From Escherichia coli (GTDB lineage: Bacteria; Pseudomonadota; Gammaproteobacteria; Enterobacterales; Enterobacteriaceae): a stretch of 64,000 nt of DNA. A program made the translations under genes and the position numbers. Below the pieces are notes generated by a model. That model was given only the letters and a program-made list of their open reading frames with translations. It was not told the DNA's origin and did not search any database. The DNA lies in assembly GCF_036507355.1 (NCBI RefSeq), contig NZ_AP027877.1. One strand, written 5' to 3'. The stretch's first letter is position 1. Each line of letters begins with the position of its first letter. Shown piece after piece: positions 57,768-64,000 of this stretch.

Positions 57768-59048
57768 TTAAACGCCCAGACGATCGCGCAGGCTGTAATA
57801 AGCCGCGCCCATCGCGGTAAACGGCACACGCAGCGTGCGCCCGCCGGGGAACGGGTAATGCGGCAGATTGGCGAAGGCGTCGAAACGTTCGGCGTCGCCG
57901 CGCAGCAGTTCAGCAATCAAGCGCCCGGCAAGATGGGTACAGGTGACGCCGTGTCCGCTGTAGCCCTGCATGTAATAGATGTTGGTATCGAGGCGACCAA
58001 ACTGCGGCATACGCGACAGGGTCAGCAGGAAGTTGCCCGTCCAGCGGTAGTCGATTTTCACGCCCTTCAGCTGCGGGAAGGTTTTCAGCAGTTTCGGCAC
58101 CACAAGGCGCTCAACATCGTCCGGGTCGCGCGCGCCGTACACCACGCCGCCGCCGTACAGCAAACGGTTATCGGCGGTAAGACGGTAGTAATCAAGCAGA
58201 TAATTACAGTCTTCCACACAGTAGTTTTTCGGGATCAGCGAACGGGCTAAATCATCGGAAAGCCGCTCGGTGGTGATCACCTGCGTGCCGCACGGCATAC
58301 TACGCTTCGCCAGTTCCGGCTCCACTTTATCGCCCAGGTACGCATTCCCGGCGACAATCACATACTTCGCCGTCACCTGGCCTTTGGTAGTACGCACCAC
58401 GGCGGGCGTGGTGTGCTGGATCTGCGTCACCGCAGAAAGTTCATACACGCGCCCGCCGTTCAGGCGGATAGCGTCCGCTTCGCCAATGGCGAGGTTCAAC
58501 GGGTGAATATGCCCGCCGCTGTGATCCAACAGCGCGCCGGTGTAGCGGTCGCTGGCCACTTCACGGCGAATGGCGTTGGCGTCCAGCAGTTCCAGCTGTT
58601 TATTGCCGTAGCGTTCCCAGTTCTCTTTCTGCTCTTCGAGTGTGGCGAGCTGTTTATCATTCATCGCCACAAACAGACCGCCGGGACGGTAGTCGCAGTT
58701 AATCTGATAACGTTTGATACGTTCGCGGATGATCTCACCACCTTCGAACATCATGCTGCCGAGCATACGGGCGGTGTCCATGCCGTAGCTTTTTTCGATC
58801 ACGTCGATGTCGCGGCTGTAGGAGTTCACAATCTGCCCGCCGTTGCGTCCGCTTGCGCCGAAGCCGATGCGTGAGGCTTCAAGAACCACCACGTCAAAGC
58901 CCGCTTCCGCCAGATGAAGCGCGGAGGAGAGCCCGGTATAGCCGCCGCCAACCACGCAAACGTCGCAGGAAATCGACTCATTCAGCGTGTCGAATGGCGC
59001 GTATTTATTCGCACTGGCGGTGTAATAACTGCTGGTATGTTCGGTCAT
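57768..59048 (-). CDS. puuB: gamma-glutamylputrescine oxidase PuuB
   Basis: 426 aa FAD-dependent oxidoreductase with GGGYTG dinucleotide motif. Confidence 0.9.
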   Translation of the reverse strand: MTEHTSSYYTASANKYAPFDTLNESISCDVCVVGGGYTGLSSALHLAEAGFDVVVLEASRIGFGASGRNGGQIVNSYSRDIDVIEKSYGMDTARMLGSMMFEGGEIIRERIKRYQINCDYRPGGLFVAMNDKQLATLEEQKENWERYGNKQLELLDANAIRREVASDRYTGALLDHSGGHIHPLNLAIGEADAIRLNGGRVYELSAVTQIQHTTPAVVRTTKGQVTAKYVIVAGNAYLGDKVEPELAKRSMPCGTQVITTERLSDDLARSLIPKNYCVEDCNYLLDYYRLTADNRLLYGGGVVYGARDPDDVERLVVPKLLKTFPQLKGVKIDYRWTGNFLLTLSRMPQFGRLDTNIYYMQGYSGHGVTCTHLAGRLIAELLRGDAERFDAFANLPHYPFPGGRTLRVPFTAMGAAYYSLRDRLGV

Positions 59049-59049
59049 T

Positions 59050-60537
59050 TCAGGCCTCCAGGCTTATCCAGATGGTTTTCAGTTCGGTGAATTTTTCAAG
59101 GGCATGCAGAGATTTGTCGCGACCGTTGCCGCTCTGCTTATAGCCGCCAAACGGCACGGTCATATCGCCGTCGTTGTAGTTATTGACGAAGACGGAACCG
59201 GCTTTCAGGCGTCGACTCATGCGGTGCGCGCGGGAGAGGTCGCGCGTCCATACCGCCGCGCCAAGGCCGTACTGGCTGTCGTTGGCAAGCTGTAGCGCCT
59301 GTTCTTCTGATGTGAAACGCGTGACCACCAGCACCGGACCGAAAATCTCTTCGCGGCTTAAGGACGCATTCGGGTCTACATCCACAAAGATGGTCGGGCC
59401 GATGGCGGCAGCCAGCCCGGCGTTGCGGCCATCCAGCAGCAGTTGCCCTTTGCCTTCGCCCTCACGAATAAAGCTATGCACCGAGTCAGCGTGAGCGCTG
59501 TCGATTAAAGTGCCCATGGTGGTTGCGGGGTCAAGCGGATGGCCCGGCTGCCAGTTTTGCGCCTGCTGTTTTAACAGGGCTAAGAATTCATCGGCGATGC
59601 TCTCTTCCAGTAACAAACGCGTTCCGGCGATGCACACCTGACCCTGGTTGTAGAAGATGCCTGCTGCGGTGGCGCTTGCCGCCTGTTGCAAATCCGGGCA
59701 GTCAGCGAAAACGATGTTGGCGCTTTTGCCGCCCGCTTCCAGCCAGACGCGTTTCATGTTGCTGTCGCCCGCATCTTTCAGCAGCTGTTTCCCGGTACGG
59801 GTTGAACCGGTAAAGGCGATGGCATCGATATCGTTATGACGCGAAAGCGCCTGCCCCGCTTCATGACCAAAACCCGTTACTACGTTCAGTACGCCATCCG
59901 GCAGACCTGCTTCTTTCGCCAGCCCGGCGAGACGAATCGCACTGAGCGGTGATTTTTCAGACGGTTTTAGAATCACGCTGTTTCCCGCCGCCAGCGCCGG
60001 GCCGAGTTTCCAGCAAGTCAGCAGCAGCGGGAAGTTCCACGGCACGATGGCGGCAATTACGCCGACCGGTTCACGCACGATCATCGCCAGCTCATGGCTA
60101 CTGGTGGTCGCCACTTCGCCATACACTTTGTCGATCGCTTCGGCGTACCAGCGAATGGCGCGCGCCGCGCCGGGAATATCATCACGCAGACTGTGACGAA
60201 TCGGTTTGCCGGTGTCGAGAGTTTCCAGCAGTGCCAGCTCTTCGGCGTTGGCTTCCATTAAATCGGCGAGTTTATTCAGTACCGCTTTACGTTTAGCCGG
60301 AGAAGAGAGTGACCAGTCGCCGCGTTCAAATACGCCGCGTGCTGCGCTCACCGCACGGTCGATATCGACGCTCTTGCCGCGGGCAATTTTCGCCAGCGGT
60401 GCCTGTGTGACCGGATCAACGGTTTCAAAGGTTTCATTTTCCGCCGCAGCAGTATATTCACCGTTAATAAATAAGCGGTTTTCAATGGCGAGACTTAACG
60501 CTTTATCCTGCCAGTAAGCCAGATGATGAAAATTCAT
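59050..60537 (-). CDS. puuC: aldehyde dehydrogenase PuuC
   Basis: 495 aa from MNFHHLAYWQDKA; tracked ORF extends upstream to 60633. Confidence 0.9.
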   Translation of the reverse strand: MNFHHLAYWQDKALSLAIENRLFINGEYTAAAENETFETVDPVTQAPLAKIARGKSVDIDRAVSAARGVFERGDWSLSSPAKRKAVLNKLADLMEANAEELALLETLDTGKPIRHSLRDDIPGAARAIRWYAEAIDKVYGEVATTSSHELAMIVREPVGVIAAIVPWNFPLLLTCWKLGPALAAGNSVILKPSEKSPLSAIRLAGLAKEAGLPDGVLNVVTGFGHEAGQALSRHNDIDAIAFTGSTRTGKQLLKDAGDSNMKRVWLEAGGKSANIVFADCPDLQQAASATAAGIFYNQGQVCIAGTRLLLEESIADEFLALLKQQAQNWQPGHPLDPATTMGTLIDSAHADSVHSFIREGEGKGQLLLDGRNAGLAAAIGPTIFVDVDPNASLSREEIFGPVLVVTRFTSEEQALQLANDSQYGLGAAVWTRDLSRAHRMSRRLKAGSVFVNNYNDGDMTVPFGGYKQSGNGRDKSLHALEKFTELKTIWISLEA

Positions 60538-60686
60538 TATGACTCCTGTTTCACGTCTATCAGATATATGCAGTTTGTGAACGTCAGGGCGCAGAGATCC
60601 CCGGGCCGTATGCCCGTTTATTTCTGGCGACATTCTTTATGGATTGCCGGGCGCATTGCGCTTACCCGGCTTACAGAACAAAAAGA

Positions 60687-61244
60687 TTAAAACGTGGTGG
60701 GCGTATGGGCGCTGATAATTCGGCAAATACCTGCCGACGTATTACTGAAACTGTGCGGGATGCCGGTATTAATGGCATAACTTTGCCCCGCGACGAGGTG
60801 GTAATCCTGACCATTAATCGTCAGAACAATTTCACCTTCCAGTACAGTGCCTATTTCCTCACCCTGATGCTTAATTCTTTCCCCAGTGGTTGTGCCCGGC
60901 TGGTACGTTTCAAAGATCATCGCCAGCGTGCGATTCGGGTTACCGTTATGAACCAGCTTCATTGACACACCCTGACTGCCCATCTCAATTAAATCGTCCT
61001 GATTAATGACGACCTGCGGCTCATCAGGTTTTTCCGGCTCGGAAAAGAATTCCGAGAGTGACAGACCATACACCTTCAGCAGCTTTTGCAGCGTACTGAT
61101 GGCAGGGCTGACTTTATCTTGTTCTATCGTACTGATAGCACTGTGAGTCAGCCCGGAGAGTTCGGCGGCACGACGTTGTGAAAGCCCCTGCTGCTGGCGG
61201 ATTTCCGACAAGCGTTTTCCTGGCGCCAGTCCCTCATCACTCAT
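60687..61244 (-). CDS. puuR: repressor PuuR (HTH plus cupin)
   Basis: 185 aa with XRE-type HTH and cupin C-domain. Confidence 0.9.
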   Translation of the reverse strand: MSDEGLAPGKRLSEIRQQQGLSQRRAAELSGLTHSAISTIEQDKVSPAISTLQKLLKVYGLSLSEFFSEPEKPDEPQVVINQDDLIEMGSQGVSMKLVHNGNPNRTLAMIFETYQPGTTTGERIKHQGEEIGTVLEGEIVLTINGQDYHLVAGQSYAINTGIPHSFSNTSAGICRIISAHTPTTF

Positions 61245-61270
61245 ATTTGCATTTCCTTAAACTGTAGTGG

Positions 61271-62035
61271 TCAGAGTCGCTGTTTTTCAGCGATATGGTG
61301 CTGACAAGCGGTGATAAAGCCCTCGAACAATATACGCGAAAGCGCGTACTCGCTACTGTTCCATTCCGGGTGCCACTGTACGCCCAGCGCAAAAGGATGA
61401 TTGATGACGCTAACCGCCTCAACTAAGCCATCCGGCGAGCGAGCTTCAACACGCAACCGTGGGCTAACGACCTTCGCCCCTTGTCCATGCAGAGAGTTTA
61501 CCCAAAAGTTGCTACATTCAGGTAACAACGCAGACAGTAATCCCCCCTCTTCAACCTGAACTTCATGCGACGGCGCATATTGCTGTTCCACCGGCAGTTC
61601 GGGATCTTCCCGATGTTCCCGCAATTCAGGCTGTTCGCACAGCTTGCGATGCAACGAACCACCGGTTGCCACCACCAGTTCCTGTAAACCCCGGCAGATG
61701 GCGAAAATGGGGATGCGCCTTTCGAGTGCGGCATTAATTAACGCCATGCTCAGAAGATCACGCCCGGGATCGGCGTCAGGCTCATCGCCGTTTTCACCAT
61801 ATAGGTGCGGCTGCACATTGCTGGGACTACCAGGAAGATAAATGCCATCGAGTTTCGGCAAAAGTTGTTCAAGTAAGGACGGTTCCGCCAGCGCATGTGG
61901 TAGCGCAATTGGCAAGCCGCCTGCATGGATGATGGCATTCAGGTACTTTTCTTGCAGAGTCTGGGTCGCATGACCCTTAAGCCTGTTCCTGCACATTACG
62001 ACACCGATAACCGGATTGTTCATTATATTTTCCAT
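61271..62035 (-). CDS. puuD: gamma-glutamyl-GABA hydrolase PuuD
   Basis: 254 aa class-I glutamine amidotransferase-like with AICRG nucleophile motif. Confidence 0.9.
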   Translation of the reverse strand: MENIMNNPVIGVVMCRNRLKGHATQTLQEKYLNAIIHAGGLPIALPHALAEPSLLEQLLPKLDGIYLPGSPSNVQPHLYGENGDEPDADPGRDLLSMALINAALERRIPIFAICRGLQELVVATGGSLHRKLCEQPELREHREDPELPVEQQYAPSHEVQVEEGGLLSALLPECSNFWVNSLHGQGAKVVSPRLRVEARSPDGLVEAVSVINHPFALGVQWHPEWNSSEYALSRILFEGFITACQHHIAEKQRL

Positions 62036-62246
62036 GCTCAATCTCACAAAGTGGACTAAATTATCGCCATTACTGCGGTTTAAATGACCTTTATGTTCAA
62101 TATTTTTTCAATCTAGCAGTGGGTTTTCATTTTTGCAAACTCAATTTAACATTTGACAAACATTTAGTTTGCATACAGATTCGAATGGTGGTCATTATAT
62201 TTTACGCTTTGATAACGAGCGGAAAACAAACCAAAGGCGAAGAATC

Positions 62247-63665
62247 ATGGAAACCAATATCGTTGAAGTAGAGAACTTTGTTCAGCAGTCAGAAGAGAGG
62301 CGGGGTAGCGCCTTTACGCAGGAAGTGAAACGCTACCTGGAGCGCTACCCGAATACGCAATATGTTGATGTTTTACTTACCGATTTGAATGGTTGCTTCC
62401 GTGGAAAACGTATTCCTGTTTCAAGCCTGAAGAAGCTCGAGAAAGGGTGTTATTTCCCGGCCTCGGTGTTTGCAATGGATATTCTGGGCAACGTAGTAGA
62501 AGAAGCAGGCCTGGGTCAGGAAATGGGTGAGCCGGATCGTACCTGTGTCCCTGTTCTTGGTTCCTTAACCCCTTCTGCCGCCGATCCAGAGTTTATCGGT
62601 CAGATGCTCCTGACCATGGTCGATGAAGATGGCGCTCCCTTTGACGTTGAGCCGCGGAACGTTCTTAACCGCCTGTGGCAGCAGCTGCGCCAGCGCGGAT
62701 TGTTCCCGGTCGTAGCGGTAGAGCTGGAGTTCTATTTACTGGATCGTCAGCGCGACGCTGAAGGGTATCTGCAACCGCCCTGCGCGCCCGGCACCGATGA
62801 CCGCAATACACAAAGCCAGGTTTACTCGGTTGATAACCTCAACCACTTCGCCGATGTGCTCAATGATATTGATGAACTGGCGCAGTTACAGCTGATTCCG
62901 GCAGATGGCGCGGTCGCTGAGGCCTCGCCGGGTCAGTTTGAAATCAACCTTTACCATACTGATAACGTGCTGGAAGCCTGCGATGATGCGCTGGCACTAA
63001 AACGCCTGGTGCGTCTGATGGCAGAAAAGCATAAGATGCACGCCACTTTTATGGCGAAGCCGTATGAAGAGCACGCGGGCAGCGGAATGCATATCCATAT
63101 CAGTATGCAAAATAATCGTGGCGAGAACGTGCTTTCTGACGCGGAAGGCGAAGATTCGCCGCTGCTGAAAAAAATGCTCGCCGGAATGATCGATCTGATG
63201 CCGTCATCAATGGCGTTGCTGGCACCAAACGTGAACTCGTATCGCCGCTTCCAGCCAGGTATGTATGTACCGACGCAGGCGTCGTGGGGCCATAATAACC
63301 GTACCGTCGCCCTGCGTATTCCATGCGGCGATCGCCATAATCACCGCGTGGAATATCGCGTGGCGGGTGCCGATGCCAACCCATATCTGGTGATGGCAGC
63401 GATTTTTGCCGGTATTTTGCACGGTCTTGATAACGAGCTGCCGTTGCAGGAAGAAGTCGAAGGCAACGGGCTGGAACAGGATGGCTTACCCTTCCCGATT
63501 CGCCAGAGCGATGCCCTGGGTGAGTTTATCGAGAATGATCACCTGCGCCGCTATTTAGGCGAACGGTTTTGCCATGTGTATCACGCCTGTAAAAATGATG
63601 AGCTGTTGCAGTTTGAGCGCCTCATCACAGAAACAGAAATTGAGTGGATGTTGAAAAACGCATAG
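62247..63665 (+). CDS. puuA: glutamate-putrescine ligase PuuA
   Basis: 472 aa glutamine synthetase-family protein starting METNIVEVENF. Confidence 0.9.
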   Translation: METNIVEVENFVQQSEERRGSAFTQEVKRYLERYPNTQYVDVLLTDLNGCFRGKRIPVSSLKKLEKGCYFPASVFAMDILGNVVEEAGLGQEMGEPDRTCVPVLGSLTPSAADPEFIGQMLLTMVDEDGAPFDVEPRNVLNRLWQQLRQRGLFPVVAVELEFYLLDRQRDAEGYLQPPCAPGTDDRNTQSQVYSVDNLNHFADVLNDIDELAQLQLIPADGAVAEASPGQFEINLYHTDNVLEACDDALALKRLVRLMAEKHKMHATFMAKPYEEHAGSGMHIHISMQNNRGENVLSDAEGEDSPLLKKMLAGMIDLMPSSMALLAPNVNSYRRFQPGMYVPTQASWGHNNRTVALRIPCGDRHNHRVEYRVAGADANPYLVMAAIFAGILHGLDNELPLQEEVEGNGLEQDGLPFPIRQSDALGEFIENDHLRRYLGERFCHVYHACKNDELLQFERLITETEIEWMLKNA

Positions 63666-63967
63666 TACCCCTTGCGGGGTTGTTTCATCGGCCTGAGCGG
63701 AGCCAGGCCTGACATTTGCTGGTAATCCAGACATTTCCCGGATGTCGCGTTATGGAGCGCAGGCGGCAACGGGCTTCCGTTAACGATTAAGACTGTGACG
63801 AGGAAATGAGATGATGCCGATGATTAAATCCCCGCATGGCGCGGGAGGCTGCGTATGCGCCCCTCCTGCGACTGACTGGACTCCGCCCCCTTTGCTTCCC
63901 TTGCTAAACAGGTTTGATTTCAGGTCGACACGACCGCAAACCTTATTACGCAGGGGAGGCAGCAATT

Positions 63968-64000
63968 ATGGCTATTAATTCACCACTGAATATTGCTGCG
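63968..64000 (+). CDS. puuP: putrescine importer PuuP, 5' end only (runs off the window)
   Basis: ATG with upstream ggagg RBS; encodes MAINSPLNIAA. Confidence 0.6.
   Translation, partial: MAINSPLNIAA

Overview
Enterobacterial (Escherichia coli / Shigella-type) chromosomal segment, in reverse orientation relative to the E. coli K-12 map as I recall it. Layout: ompN-uspF; a strongly reduced Rac-type lambdoid prophage (about 1982-13164: tfaR, stfR fragment, GT-A-like gene, ParB-like gene, trkG, IS3, recE fragment, recT, ralR::IS1, ydaC, xisR, intR) integrated in the 5' end of ttcA; then dbpA, fnrS, zntB, dgcM, smrA, an AraC/HlyD/MFS efflux-like module, mcaS, ogt, fnr, uspE, ynaJ, ynaI, mppA, pgrR, an IS3-family element, mpaA (amber), ycjG, tpx, tyrR, ycjF-ycjX, ycjW, ompG, the ycjV-ycjM sugar cluster, pspEDCBA/pspF and puuEBCRD/puuA with the start of puuP. 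Four IS copies (IS3, two IS1, one IS3-family) and several pseudogenes point to a genome undergoing IS-driven decay. No rRNA, tRNA or CRISPR array was found. I did not find a convincing new multi-gene system; the best candidate for under-described biology is a translationally coupled ParB/Srx-fold plus GT-A-like gene pair inside the prophage remnant. Other notable signals are a conserved ~40-bp motif upstream of both mppA and mpaA, putative integrase arm-type repeats at both prophage ends, and decay of the ycj cluster. All identifications rest on reading the translations and DNA by eye and on remembered family and K-12 features; no database search was run.
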